Source of the DNA: Planctomycetales bacterium
GTDB taxonomy: Bacteria > Planctomycetota > Planctomycetia > Planctomycetales > Planctomycetaceae
Direction: 5' to 3'
Length of the DNA stretch: 64,000 bases
Assembly: GCA_028285345.1 (NCBI GenBank)
Contig: JANQPT010000018.1
Location: 79,779-143,778, forward strand
The translations under genes and the position numbers were made by a program. The first letter of the stretch is position 1. Every line of letters begins with the position of its first letter. The notes under the pieces were generated by a model. It saw only the letters and a program-made list of their open reading frames with translations, was not told the origin of the DNA and made no database searches. Below are positions 1 to 8,965 of this stretch, in pieces.

Positions 1-2
1 CC

Positions 3-203
3 GAGCGTGAAGACCTGGAGCAGCAAAAACGCCAGTCCGCTGAACAGGCGCTGCTGATCGCGGATGAGTCGCAGGAAGTCGCTCGCGAACGGACGGCCAT
101 TGCGCTGGAGCGGCAGGCGATTCAGGATGACCGCGACGCGCTATGCCGGCATCTCGAACAGTGGCTCAGCAGCCTCCATGGCGCTGCCGTCGAAGCTGAG
201 TAG
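3..203 (+). CDS. C-terminal fragment of a Glu/Gln/Arg-rich coiled-coil protein (5' end outside window)
   Basis: Open frame from nt 3 to TAG at 201-203. Translation ...EREDLEQQKRQSAEQALLIADESQEVARERTAIALERQAIQDD... has heptad-like E/Q/R composition similar to the coiled-coil of the 8966..12346 protein. The alternative ORF 64..291 is R-rich junk. Confidence 0.4.
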   Translation, partial: EREDLEQQKRQSAEQALLIADESQEVARERTAIALERQAIQDDRDALCRHLEQWLSSLHGAAVEAE

Positions 204-362
204 CGCGGCCACTGCTTTTTATTTGCCGAAGCCAGGCGGGCGATTGCGCTGGCCCGGTTCCATGCGTATGCAGCCGCTTGATTGTCTGTGATCGGTCCAG
301 CGGGCTACAATCACGTCCGTGCCCCGGCAGGGCTTGGCTCGGTCCCTACTCGCAAGCGGACA

Positions 363-2081
363 ATGATTATGGCGGCTTCCGAATCTCCGTTGGTCTTGAT
401 CCTAGGTGCCGGCATTAACGGGACGGCCTGTGCGCGGGAGTTGGCACTCAACGGCGTCTCTGTGGTGATCGTCGACACGTCGGACGTCGCGTTCGGGGCG
501 AGTTCGAAATCAACGCGATTGATACACGGAGGTCTGCGCTATCTGGAATACGGCGAATTCGATCTGGTGCGAGAATCGCTGGAGGAGCGCACGCGGCTGC
601 TGAGGTTGGCGCCGCAATTTGTCAGACCGCTGCGATTGTGCATTCCGGTGAACAACCGCTTTTCGGGCCTGCTGCCCTCAATGCTTCGATTCGTCCGCCT
701 GGAGCGCTGGGCGGAGACCTGGACGCAGTGGCGGCAGAGCCACGAAGCGAACCACGAAACGCGCGGCTCGTGGCTGGTTTGGATGGGTCTGCAAATGTAC
801 GGCTTGTATGCCCAGGACCGTACGCTGCCGGGCCATTCGATTCACAACACCGGCGAAGAGGGGCTTCCGGAAGTTGATGGGGAAAAGTTTCCGTGGCTGT
901 GCGCCTACAGCGACGGGCAGATTGTCAACTCCGAACGTTGGATCGTGGCGCTGCTCAAAGATGCGGAACATCTTGCGGCGGCCAAGGACCGCCGATTCGA
1001 TCTCTACACCTATCACAAAGCGGTGATCGATGGAGACGAGGTCGATATCGTTCCCGTTGATGCGCCGGGGCAAGCCACGGAACGCGTTCGCCCGTCGGTG
1101 ATCATCAACGCGACCGGCGCGTGGGGCGATGCGACGCTCTCCGATCTGCACGTCGACACGGAGCAACTCTTCGGCGGAACCAAAGGCAGCCACGTGCTGA
1201 CGTATAACGAACAACTGAAGTCGGCCTTGCACGGAAAAGGCGTTTACGCCGAAGCGGCCGACGACCGACTGATTTTTGTGTTACCGTTTGACGACGCGAT
1301 GCTGATCGGCACGACCGATGAGCCGTTCACCGCCAGTCCTGAGACCGCGACTGCCACCGATGATGAGATTGACTACCTGCTCAGTGCGGTCAACGATCTG
1401 TTTCCGACTGTTCACCTGACGCGGGACGACGTATCTCTGACGTACAGCGGTATTCGTCCGTTGCCGAAATCGTCGGCCAAGACGACCGGTGCCGTTACGC
1501 GGCGGCACTGGATTGAAGAGGAGCGGATTGGCGAGATTCCTGTGCTTACACTGGTGGGGGGTAAACTGACAACCTGCCGGGCGCTGGGGGAGCAGACGGC
1601 CGATCGGATCCTCAGTTTGTTGGAGATACCGAGAATCGGCGAGTCGCATGATCGAGTGATCCCCGGTGGAGAGAACTATCCCACCGATGACGCCGCACTC
1701 CAAGCTGAACTGCAGCGGATCGCGGACAGCCACCAGTTGGCGATCGAACAAGCCGCGGCGGTCTGGAGATTCTTCGGAACAGATTCCGAGAGGGTGCTGT
1801 CAGCGTGCTTGGGATTGCCCGGTGAAAACGTGATTGGGACACATATTCCGCTGTCGGTTGTGAATTGGATCGTTGAAAACGAATGGGTGAGCAATCTCGG
1901 CGACTTGGTTGAGCGACGGCTGCTGCTGATGTTTGAGCGTGACCTTTCGCGCAGCAGCTTACAACAATTGGCGGAACTGCTGGCGGATTGCGGCAGATTT
2001 GAGAGCAGCGAAATCCCAGGCGAGATTGATCGCACGGTCTCACGCCTGCGGGAATTCTACGGGAGAACCATCGCTGATTAG
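363..2081 (+). CDS. FAD-dependent glycerol-3-phosphate dehydrogenase family oxidoreductase (GlpD/GlpA-like)
   Basis: N-terminal Rossmann dinucleotide fold LVLILGAGINGTACARELALNGVSVVIVD. GlpD signature RLIHGGLRYLEYGEFDLVRESLEERTRL. Length ~570 aa. Start chosen at ATG 363 (MIMAASE), just before the beta-alpha-beta motif. Confidence 0.7.
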   Translation: MIMAASESPLVLILGAGINGTACARELALNGVSVVIVDTSDVAFGASSKSTRLIHGGLRYLEYGEFDLVRESLEERTRLLRLAPQFVRPLRLCIPVNNRFSGLLPSMLRFVRLERWAETWTQWRQSHEANHETRGSWLVWMGLQMYGLYAQDRTLPGHSIHNTGEEGLPEVDGEKFPWLCAYSDGQIVNSERWIVALLKDAEHLAAAKDRRFDLYTYHKAVIDGDEVDIVPVDAPGQATERVRPSVIINATGAWGDATLSDLHVDTEQLFGGTKGSHVLTYNEQLKSALHGKGVYAEAADDRLIFVLPFDDAMLIGTTDEPFTASPETATATDDEIDYLLSAVNDLFPTVHLTRDDVSLTYSGIRPLPKSSAKTTGAVTRRHWIEEERIGEIPVLTLVGGKLTTCRALGEQTADRILSLLEIPRIGESHDRVIPGGENYPTDDAALQAELQRIADSHQLAIEQAAAVWRFFGTDSERVLSACLGLPGENVIGTHIPLSVVNWIVENEWVSNLGDLVERRLLLMFERDLSRSSLQQLAELLADCGRFESSEIPGEIDRTVSRLREFYGRTIAD

Positions 2082-3619
2082 CCGGCATCGGGTGCGTTCT
2101 TGAGGCGAATTTGCTCGATCAGCTCGTCGATGGAGACCGGGTTGTCGGTATTGACCGGAACGGCATGGGGACGTTCTTTTGAGGCGAGTGGTTCTTGATT
2201 GTTGATCTGCCACTCCAACACGCTCAGGTCCGCGTCGGATACATCGCCGTGCCGCTTGCGAAGGCGGTCGCGGAGCTCGTCAACGGGCGCGGTGAGATCG
2301 AGAATGACCAGCGGCACACCCACTTCATCCGCCAGGCTGCGGAACTCATCGCGAAATTGCCGCTTGAGAAATGTCGCGTCGACGATGGCGGTGAATCCGC
2401 CGTCGAGCACGTGCCGGGCCGCCTGTGCCAACCGTTGATAGGTCGACAACGTCGCTTGCTCGGAATATAGCGACGTCTCCGATTCCGCAGCAGCGAACAA
2501 CCTTTTGCGCTCGACGTCGGAGCGGAGCCGGACTGCGGGAAGTTGTTGGAGCAATTCCTGCGTGAGTGTGCTCTTGCCGGAACCGGAGAGCCCGTGCGTC
2601 AGAATCAATTGCGGGTGTTTGGTTTGCGTGTAACGTTCCGCCAAATCGAGATAACTTTGCAGCAATTCTTCATCGGCCGCCCGTTCCTCGGCGGTCAGGT
2701 CGGGCTGAGCCAACCGCAGCGCCGTCACCTTGGCCCGGACGGTCGCGCGGTAGACCAGGTAGTAGCGCAGCACCGGCAGCCCCGCATAGTCGCCGGCTTG
2801 TTGGAGATAGGCATTGAGAAACCGCGCCGCAAGGTCGTCCCGGCCGCGGTCGCCGAGATCCATGACGGTAAAGGCGATCTCGCTCAACACGTCGATCCAC
2901 CGTAGCGAGGAGTTGAATTCGATACAGTCGAACAGCAACACGCGTGCGCCCTGCAGAATCATGTTTCGCAGGTGCAAATCGCCGTGGCATTCCCGGACGA
3001 AGCCGGCTTGCCGTCGCGCTTGAAAGTCCGGCCGGCGCCGTTCGAATTCGACCTCGGCCCACTCCCGGAGTCGATCAACCTGGCCCCGGTGATCAGAATT
3101 CAGATTCGATGGGTTCAAATGGCGGAAGTTCTCGGCCACCGGTTCCCAGACCGCTTGAGGTGTACCGTATGGCGAATCCGCGTCGGCGACGGCGATTCGC
3201 GCGTGAAACTCGGCGACCTCCGCCGCCAACGCGTCAATGTGACGCGGCAACAACTCACCGCGATCCAGCATGCTATCCAACAGCGCGTCTTGCGAGAATT
3301 GACGCATCTTCACGGCATACTCGATCGCCGGGCCGCTGCCGCCGATATGCGGATCGTCGGGGCTGCCGGTGATCTCGATGACTTCGAGATAGATGTCCTC
3401 GGAAAACCGCGCATTGAGCCGCAATTCTTCATCGCAGCATTGCCGGCGTTTGTCCAAGGTCGAAAAGTCGAGGAAACCAAAGTCGACCGGCTTTTTGATT
3501 TTGTAGGCGAACTGTCCCGTCAACAGCACCCACGAAATATGCGTCTCGAGCAATTGCACCTGCGCGACGGGATGATCGTACGCCTCGGGCCGCTGCAATG
3601 CTTGAATCAGTTGGTTCAT
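2078..3619 (-). CDS. Bifunctional phosphotransferase-like (APH/choline-kinase fold) / P-loop kinase protein
   Basis: N-terminal half (ETHISWVLLTGQFAYKIKKPV..., Brenner-like HGDLHLRNMIL) resembles the aminoglycoside phosphotransferase/protein-kinase-like fold. C-terminal half has Walker A HGLSGSGKSTL and a Walker-B-like VILD. Same architecture as proteins annotated 'bifunctional aminoglycoside phosphotransferase/ATP-binding protein'. Start ATG overlaps the truD stop (ATGA). Confidence 0.6.
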   Translation of the reverse strand: MNQLIQALQRPEAYDHPVAQVQLLETHISWVLLTGQFAYKIKKPVDFGFLDFSTLDKRRQCCDEELRLNARFSEDIYLEVIEITGSPDDPHIGGSGPAIEYAVKMRQFSQDALLDSMLDRGELLPRHIDALAAEVAEFHARIAVADADSPYGTPQAVWEPVAENFRHLNPSNLNSDHRGQVDRLREWAEVEFERRRPDFQARRQAGFVRECHGDLHLRNMILQGARVLLFDCIEFNSSLRWIDVLSEIAFTVMDLGDRGRDDLAARFLNAYLQQAGDYAGLPVLRYYLVYRATVRAKVTALRLAQPDLTAEERAADEELLQSYLDLAERYTQTKHPQLILTHGLSGSGKSTLTQELLQQLPAVRLRSDVERKRLFAAAESETSLYSEQATLSTYQRLAQAARHVLDGGFTAIVDATFLKRQFRDEFRSLADEVGVPLVILDLTAPVDELRDRLRKRHGDVSDADLSVLEWQINNQEPLASKERPHAVPVNTDNPVSIDELIEQIRLKNAPDAG

Positions 3620-4716
3620 GCGTCCGGCAGATCATGTGTCGGTTTCATAAATTCCCGCAACAGCGTTGTGGCGTAGACGCCGGCGGGAAGCTGAAACCGA
3701 AAACGGATTCCAACAGGGGTTGGTTCCAGTTGTAGCTCTTCAGGGCGGACGATGTAAGGTCTGCGGGTCCCCGACGTCAGTTGTCGAAATTGCGTGAAGG
3801 CGGCCGCGTCGAGTCCGGATTTCTCCAGCAGGCCGCGTTCGCGGTCGGCGACCGCTCCGCTGGGCGATTTCATTTTGGGGCCAAACAGCGGGCCGGTGAT
3901 CAACGTTTCGCCGCCGTCGAACCGCACTTGCTCGACGGCGGCATCTTCGGCCACAAACGGGCCGCGCGACGCCGCAACTTGCATCACGTCACCCGGCAGG
4001 ACCTTGTGCAACAGCCCGTCGGTTAACCTTTCCGCGAGGGCGGTATTGAACAGTTTGGCCTGCGCCGCGGAGAGGGCCAACTTCAACTGGAATCGCCGGC
4101 GACGGTAAGGAATGTCGGCGGCACGCTGTTCGCCGCGCAGCAGCGCGAAGCCCAAATCGGCTGTAGCGCCGTGATGGCCGAATCGTTGCTCACCGTAGTA
4201 ATTGGGAAAACCGAGCGCGGCAATCTGTTCGGCAATCGCGCCGGCCGTTTTCAACGCGTCATCGGCGGGGTCGCGAATCACGATCTCAAAGCGATTTCCC
4301 CGCAGTTGACCGGTGCGGAGTTTGTTGCCGTGCCGCGTGGAGTCGAGGACCGCGATCTGCGGCGATTCGACTTGGCCGATTCGCGGTTCACACGCAGCGG
4401 GGACGGAGAGGAACTGCCGCGTCACGGCCTGCTTGTCCTTCATGCCCGCGGCGCCGATATTGGACTGCGAAATGCCGAGCGTACGGGCGACGTGCTGCAG
4501 CAGATCACCGGCGGCGACACCCCGTTTTTCGATCCAAAGAAACAGGTGCTCCCCCGCGCCGGAGGGATGATAGGCGGGGACTTCCTCGACGATGAAATCC
4601 TCGACGGCCTGTTTCAGCCGCCCGCCGATTCCGGGCGTACCGGAGGTTAAAAACGGCAGATTGGACAACGTGTGCATTCCCCAGCGGAAGTTTGACATTC
4701 GCCGGCAATCGGCCAA
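3616..4716 (-). CDS. truD: tRNA pseudouridine(13) synthase TruD
   Basis: TruD hallmark NYYGEQRFG. N-terminal GIGGRLKQAVEDFIVEEV...SGAGEHLFLWIEKRG pattern. ~350 aa. Alternative start at 4677 (MHTLSN). Confidence 0.75.
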   Translation of the reverse strand: MADCRRMSNFRWGMHTLSNLPFLTSGTPGIGGRLKQAVEDFIVEEVPAYHPSGAGEHLFLWIEKRGVAAGDLLQHVARTLGISQSNIGAAGMKDKQAVTRQFLSVPAACEPRIGQVESPQIAVLDSTRHGNKLRTGQLRGNRFEIVIRDPADDALKTAGAIAEQIAALGFPNYYGEQRFGHHGATADLGFALLRGEQRAADIPYRRRRFQLKLALSAAQAKLFNTALAERLTDGLLHKVLPGDVMQVAASRGPFVAEDAAVEQVRFDGGETLITGPLFGPKMKSPSGAVADRERGLLEKSGLDAAAFTQFRQLTSGTRRPYIVRPEELQLEPTPVGIRFRFQLPAGVYATTLLREFMKPTHDLPDA

Positions 4717-4729
4717 TAATAGGCGTCTT

Positions 4730-4802
4730 GCCCCGTTCGTCTAGTGGCCTAGGATACCGGGTTCTCAGTCCGGTGACACGGGTTCAAATCCCGTACGGGG
4801 TA
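4730..4802 (+). tRNA. tRNA-Glu (anticodon CTC)
   Basis: Hand-folded cloverleaf: acceptor GCCCCGT/ACGGGGT, anticodon stem CCGGG/TCCGG with loop TTCTCAG (CTC), T-arm ACGGG-TTCAAAT-CCCGT, discriminator A. Strong similarity to bacterial tRNA-Glu (GTCTAGTGGCCTAGGA D-region). Confidence 0.85.
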
Positions 4803-5270
4803 CTGAATCGGTCGCGCTCGCTTTTTGATCCTGAAGCAGTTGCTGTTGCGCACGCACGCTCCACTTTGATGCGCGCTTCTGAAGATCGCATGTTGGCGGG
4901 ATCGCTAACTGCGCCAAAACTCCCTGCCCGTGTCCCACATTGCGTCACACCGGGCGCAATAAAACTCGATTTTGTCACCCTCGTCGAATTTCGGAATCTT
5001 CTTCATTCTGGAATGATACTGCGTCGTGCCGCATAGGGGGCATCGGTAGATGTCGCGGAAAAATCGTCATACCAATAGGTCGCCGCCAAGAATCCGACGA
5101 TCCCTGCGGCCAGCGTGATGCTCGGCCATACGTAAATCACCACGACTCAGCGTTATGCAAACGCCGACGAGGACAAGCTGCGCAAGCACCAGGATGATGC
5201 TTTGCAAACAACCACTTTGCGCGAAGAATATTCGTCCACTATCATGTCGCTGTGGCTGAGGCACTCCAGA
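4771..5270. repeat. Direct repeat copy A (3' half of tRNA-Glu plus ~450 bp downstream)
   Basis: ggtgacacgggttcaaatcc...ctgcgccaaaactccctgcccgtgtcccacattgcgtcaca...cttcattctggaatgatactgcgtcg...catcggtagatgtcgcggaaaaatcgtcataccaataggtcgccgcc is repeated with ~85-90% identity at 6411..~6900. Confidence 0.8.
5003..5264 (-). pseudogene. Frameshifted paralog of the small 2-TM membrane protein encoded at 6612..6851
   Basis: C-terminal peptide ...RFFRDIYRCPYAARRSIIPE* is in a different frame from upstream ...RILGGDLLV. Copy B has gcggaaaaagtcgtcat where copy A has gcggaaaaatcgtcat (1-nt indel), and reads continuously ...DDFFRDIYRCPNAKRRCIIPE*. Confidence 0.55.
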
Positions 5271-5367
5271 GATCCCGAATTTGCCAAGCTGCCGAAAAGC
5301 AGCTTAACGAAGTTTCAACCTGAATAGTTTTCGCAAATACTGTGGGCGGACTGGCGAATGACATATT

Positions 5368-5817
5368 ATGTCTGCCATGTTTCGAAGATTTGAGAAGCTG
5401 CACCTCATCCCGTCGGCCCCAAGTCGCAAGAGAAAAGTTGTCGCGGGATTCCTCTTCGTGTGCTTCGCCGTCCTGGCATCTGCGATCCGCCTCTCGCGGC
5501 CCGATTTCCACGTGCTTCCAGCTCTGACACCTTGGGATTTCGGTGGCACGTCGCCAAACTTTTTCGTCGGCGCCGCCTGTCCTCTGATCGCGTTCTTTCA
5601 GAACAAATCGCTTGATCTTCGCGAGTACGTCAAAGTCACGACCGCAGCGGCAGTCGGAATCAGCATCTACGAAATTCTGCAGATTTGGATTCCGAACCGA
5701 ACATTCGATGGAAACGACATCGTCGCGTCGTTTGTCGGATCGTTCTGCGGAATACTGGTTTGCCTGCCCGTCTTCTTTCTGAGTACCAAGCCAACCCGCG
5801 ACAATCGGTCTGAATGA
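5368..5817 (+). CDS. VanZ-like family membrane protein
   Basis: Multiple TM helices and the VanZ-type motif YEILQIWIPNRTFDGNDIVASFVGSF (E-x2-Q-x4-R-x-D-x2-D...N-x2-G). Lies in the unique segment between the two tRNA-associated repeat copies. Confidence 0.5.
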   Translation: MSAMFRRFEKLHLIPSAPSRKRKVVAGFLFVCFAVLASAIRLSRPDFHVLPALTPWDFGGTSPNFFVGAACPLIAFFQNKSLDLREYVKVTTAAAVGISIYEILQIWIPNRTFDGNDIVASFVGSFCGILVCLPVFFLSTKPTRDNRSE

Positions 5818-6020
5818 AACGGGCCAGTTTTCGCGGCTGCGAGGAAGAGGTCTTTGATTCAGACTCGATTCGCATTCCCACATCGAGGCAGTGACGCGTC
5901 GCAGGTTGACCGCCCCGACATGTTCGGCACGCCTGACTGTGCTTCACAAGACTCAGCGGTGGCGGTGACACATGCGCATGTCACGACGGTTGATGATTTT
6001 GAGGACTTGCAGCCTGGTTC

Positions 6021-6269
6021 TTACAAGGCTTCCAGGATCTCTTGAGGAGACCGACTGTCGACAGATACGACCGTGAGCCTGGAAGTATCAGCCCAAATGA
6101 TCTTACCCTCAACTCCGCAAAGCGCCGCCAATGAACGATCACCCTCATCTGATTTCGAGAGGATGTCGCCGAGCGTGGCTCCACGCATTGCTTTGAACAT
6201 GCCAAACCCTGTCCCGAGAAGGATGTATTGTTGATCCTGTTCGTCTTCGTGGCGCACGATTACAGCCAT
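6021..6269 (-). CDS. Hypothetical small protein (82 aa)
   Basis: Non-low-complexity ORF MAVIVRHEDEQDQQYILLGTGFGMFKAMRGATLGDILSK... in the insert between repeat copies. No recognisable motif. Coding status uncertain. Confidence 0.25.
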   Translation of the reverse strand: MAVIVRHEDEQDQQYILLGTGFGMFKAMRGATLGDILSKSDEGDRSLAALCGVEGKIIWADTSRLTVVSVDSRSPQEILEAL

Positions 6270-6402
6270 GAATTCCCTCTTGCATATTCTTGAAACTTAT
6301 CAAACGTGATTGACCTTACTACCACTAAGGCTGACGGACGATTATACAGGTTTCCGACCAGTGCTGCACGACTTTCATCTCTCCACAAAGTGAATCGGTT
6401 TG

Positions 6403-6439
6403 CTGAGTTCGGTGACACGGGTTCGAGTCCGGTAGGGTG
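6403..6439 (+). pseudogene. Degenerate 3' fragment of tRNA-Glu (anticodon-stem/T-arm/acceptor 3' strand only)
   Basis: gagttcggtgacacgggttcgagtccggtagggtgtac aligns to tRNA-Glu positions ~38-73 (cagtccggtgacacgggttcaaatcccgtacggggtac) with substitutions. It has no 5' half, so cannot form a cloverleaf. Confidence 0.7.
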
Positions 6440-6900
6440 TACGCGATGGGTCGCGTTTACGAACTGGCGTCGCTCTGACGGTCGCTGCCGAAGACCGCAT
6501 GTTGGTGCCATTGTTAACTGCGCCAAAACTCCTTGCCCGTGTCCCACATTACATCACATTGGTCGCAGTAAAACTCGACTTTGTCGCCCTCGTTGAATCT
6601 CGGTTTCACCTTCATTCTGGAATGATACAGCGTCGTTTTGCATTGGGGCATCGGTAGATGTCGCGGAAAAAGTCGTCATACCAATAGGTCGCCGCTATGA
6701 ATCCGACGAGGGCAACTGCGGAGAGGTGAAACCAGACGTCCTGCCTTTCAATCCGTGTGGCGGCGACTAACGTGAGCGCGGTTATGATTAGAAAGTAGGC
6801 GGTGTGCCGGCGACTTCGCTTTGCGAACTTGTGATCGATTTCTTTGCGCATTGTGTAAGCCGAAACATTGTCTGCGCCCGCAATCGCGGCAGAAGTTCAC
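6411..6900. repeat. Direct repeat copy B (partner of 4771..5270)
   Basis: See copy A. The offset between copies is ~1.61-1.64 kb. Copy B carries the intact small membrane-protein ORF. Confidence 0.8.
6612..6851 (-). CDS. Small 2-TM membrane protein (79 aa)
   Basis: MRKEIDHKFAKRSRRHTAYFLIITALTLVAATRIE...SAVALVGFIAATYWYDDFFRDIYRCPNAKRRCIIPE has two hydrophobic helices. Its 3' end lies inside repeat copy B. A frameshifted paralog lies in copy A. Confidence 0.45.
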   Translation of the reverse strand: MRKEIDHKFAKRSRRHTAYFLIITALTLVAATRIERQDVWFHLSAVALVGFIAATYWYDDFFRDIYRCPNAKRRCIIPE

Positions 6901-7286
6901 GAGTGCTCTTGGCGCGAACGGATGCGCAGGATTAATAACACCAGACCGGTCAGGCCGACGACTACCCATTGCAGTGCGGGGACGAGGAATACGGCCCATC
7001 GTTGCACTAAGCGGTAGTCCGGATCGGTGTGGTAGCGGTAGCTGTCTTCGGCGAAGAGGTAGATGCCCCAGGCGGAGATGGCGACGGCGATTGCCAGCAG
7101 CAGCCAGGAGCGGCGCGGGTTGTTGCGCTGCATCCAGCTCATACCGGCCAAGACAAAGTAGGGCGCGACGACCAACAGCGCGGCCACGACATCGCCCGGC
7201 GCGAGGTTCGTCGTGCTGGTACAGCAGAGGACGACTTCGACGGCAGCGGCCAACAGGCAGAGTCCGATGGTGAGTTTCGCAGGCAT
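6897..7286 (-). CDS. Hypothetical integral membrane protein (129 aa, 4 predicted TM)
   Basis: Uninterrupted ORF with four hydrophobic segments (LCLLAAAVEVVLCC, VVAALLVVAPYFVLAGM, LLLAIAVAISAWGIYLF, AVFLVPALQWVVVGLTGLVLLIL). Confidence 0.5.
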   Translation of the reverse strand: MPAKLTIGLCLLAAAVEVVLCCTSTTNLAPGDVVAALLVVAPYFVLAGMSWMQRNNPRRSWLLLAIAVAISAWGIYLFAEDSYRYHTDPDYRLVQRWAVFLVPALQWVVVGLTGLVLLILRIRSRQEHS

Positions 7287-7462
7287 GTTCGGCGCTTATT
7301 TAGAAATCTTGACCTGATAGGAGACAACCTCACTCGCGGCGGTTGCGGCCAATTATACGCCGCCTGCGGCCGGTTGTGCAAAACGTCGTAGATTGCTCGC
7401 CGCAATTGAGGGTCAATGAACCGAAACTGTTGAACTGACAACGTGCTCAGCGAATTGGCGGA

Positions 7463-8860
7463 TCAATTGGCCGAATCACCCAGTTCCCGCAATAGCCGAA
7501 TCGCCGTCTCGGCCATCTTTTCTCCGTTGCCCGGCTGGACGCGGGAGTTGACGGTTTCGTAGCTCCCCTCGACGAACGCTTTTTTGGTCGGGATGTAGCC
7601 GGGAGCGTCGTTGGCGAGTTCGATGACGAGCGTCGTGGGAAACGGGGAGGCCTGTTTGATGGCGATGCCCAGATCGACGAAGACTTCGCCCGGCAAAGTG
7701 ACGATGGCGACTTGCGGACTGAGGCGGAAGGCCTGGACTTCGAGGGGAATGGTGTCGACGCCGCGCAGTTGCAGCGCGGAGATCTTGTAGGCCTCGACCC
7801 GTTTGAGGAAGGGGACCTTGCGGTCGGCGACCGACTCCATGGTTTGGGCGGCGGCGGCGATTTGTTCCGACGTAAACTGCTGCACCGGCGCCGGCAGGAT
7901 CGCCGATTTGACCGCCAGTGACGGCGCGCCGACCGGCTTTAATTGCTTGAGACCTTTGATGACCGATTCGGACAGCATGCTGCCGATTTCCTGTGCGGAG
8001 CGGCGGCCGCGGGTGGTGACATCGACGTGGTTGATGTCGCCGCAGGTGCCTGATCCGAACAACGATACGTAGTCGTCGCGGAAGTGCGAACGCAAACTGT
8101 CCTGCAAATGTTTGGGGTAGTCGCCGGAGTACTTTGTCCCGCCGACCGTGTCGAGATGCAGGGCGAATGAGACGATTGCGGCAAACGGTTTTCCGCTGCC
8201 GGCGGCGGTCAGTTCGATCAGGCCGACCTCCGGATCGATCGGGCCGGCGGCGCGGATGATGTTGGGGTTTTGCTGCCCCGGATTGAAGCGGACGGTGCCG
8301 TTTTTCATGTGGAAGCGGCGATTGAAGGAGAGCCGGTCGTCGTGGGCATAACCGGCGGCGAGCTTGACCGGCTGCAGGTTTTTCTGCGCCTGTTGAATCG
8401 ACTTGGCGATGTTGGCGGCGAGTTGTGCAGGATAGTCGACTTCTTCGTGGATGTCCCGGCCATGTTTTTTGACCGTCTGGCGATGAAAGTGGGCGCGGAG
8501 TGCGCCGAAATAGAGCGGGCCGGTATGCGAATGCGTGGCGGCGACGGCGATGTGCTCATACGGGATCCCGGTCAGCTCGGCCGCCTGGCGGCGCGCCTTG
8601 GTGGCGACGTCGAGCGACACCCCGCTGATGTCGACGAACACCAGTGCCGCGGATGTGGAGCCTTGTTTGAAGACGATCGCTTTGGCGTAGAGCGGGTCGA
8701 GGATTCCTGTGCTGAGCCGTTCGCTGAAGTAGCCGCTCATGCGATACGGCACCGGCGGCGTGACGTCGACGACGGCTACGCCAGCGGAGAATTCCGCCGC
8801 GGCGGCAGATTGGATTAACGTCAAGCAACAGGATATGGCGAGAATGATTCGCAGTTTCAT
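7463..8860 (-). CDS. Secreted neutral/alkaline ceramidase-like hydrolase (N-terminal domain family)
   Basis: Signal peptide MKLRIILAISCCLTLIQSAAA. Motifs VDVTPPVPYRMSGYF and AATHSHTGP resemble the neutral ceramidase N-domain (ADITGE...MMGYG ... ATHTHSGP). 465 aa. Confidence 0.55.
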   Translation of the reverse strand: MKLRIILAISCCLTLIQSAAAAEFSAGVAVVDVTPPVPYRMSGYFSERLSTGILDPLYAKAIVFKQGSTSAALVFVDISGVSLDVATKARRQAAELTGIPYEHIAVAATHSHTGPLYFGALRAHFHRQTVKKHGRDIHEEVDYPAQLAANIAKSIQQAQKNLQPVKLAAGYAHDDRLSFNRRFHMKNGTVRFNPGQQNPNIIRAAGPIDPEVGLIELTAAGSGKPFAAIVSFALHLDTVGGTKYSGDYPKHLQDSLRSHFRDDYVSLFGSGTCGDINHVDVTTRGRRSAQEIGSMLSESVIKGLKQLKPVGAPSLAVKSAILPAPVQQFTSEQIAAAAQTMESVADRKVPFLKRVEAYKISALQLRGVDTIPLEVQAFRLSPQVAIVTLPGEVFVDLGIAIKQASPFPTTLVIELANDAPGYIPTKKAFVEGSYETVNSRVQPGNGEKMAETAIRLLRELGDSAN

Positions 8861-8965
8861 CGGAGGATGCTTTCAATTCTACGATTGCGCTGTCGGCGCT
8901 TTCGCCTCGGCGGGCGGATTATCTTGTGGATGAAACCTCGCCGCTTGCATCAGTCGCCAAATACG

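Noticed and set aside
64-291. ORF-track CDS MSRRKSLANGRPLRW...
   Set aside because: Arg-rich alt-frame translation of GC-rich DNA. The other frame (3..203) gives a clean E/Q/R coiled-coil tail ending at TAG 201-203.
4692-5036. 114-aa ORF overlapping tRNA-Glu
   Set aside because: It reads through the tRNA gene, so is implausible as a CDS.
4700-6900. Classical integrase-bearing integrative element at tRNA-Glu
   Set aside because: No integrase, excisionase or phage genes in the bracketed 1.6 kb. The repeats are far longer than att cores. Kept only as remnant-island or duplication hypothesis.
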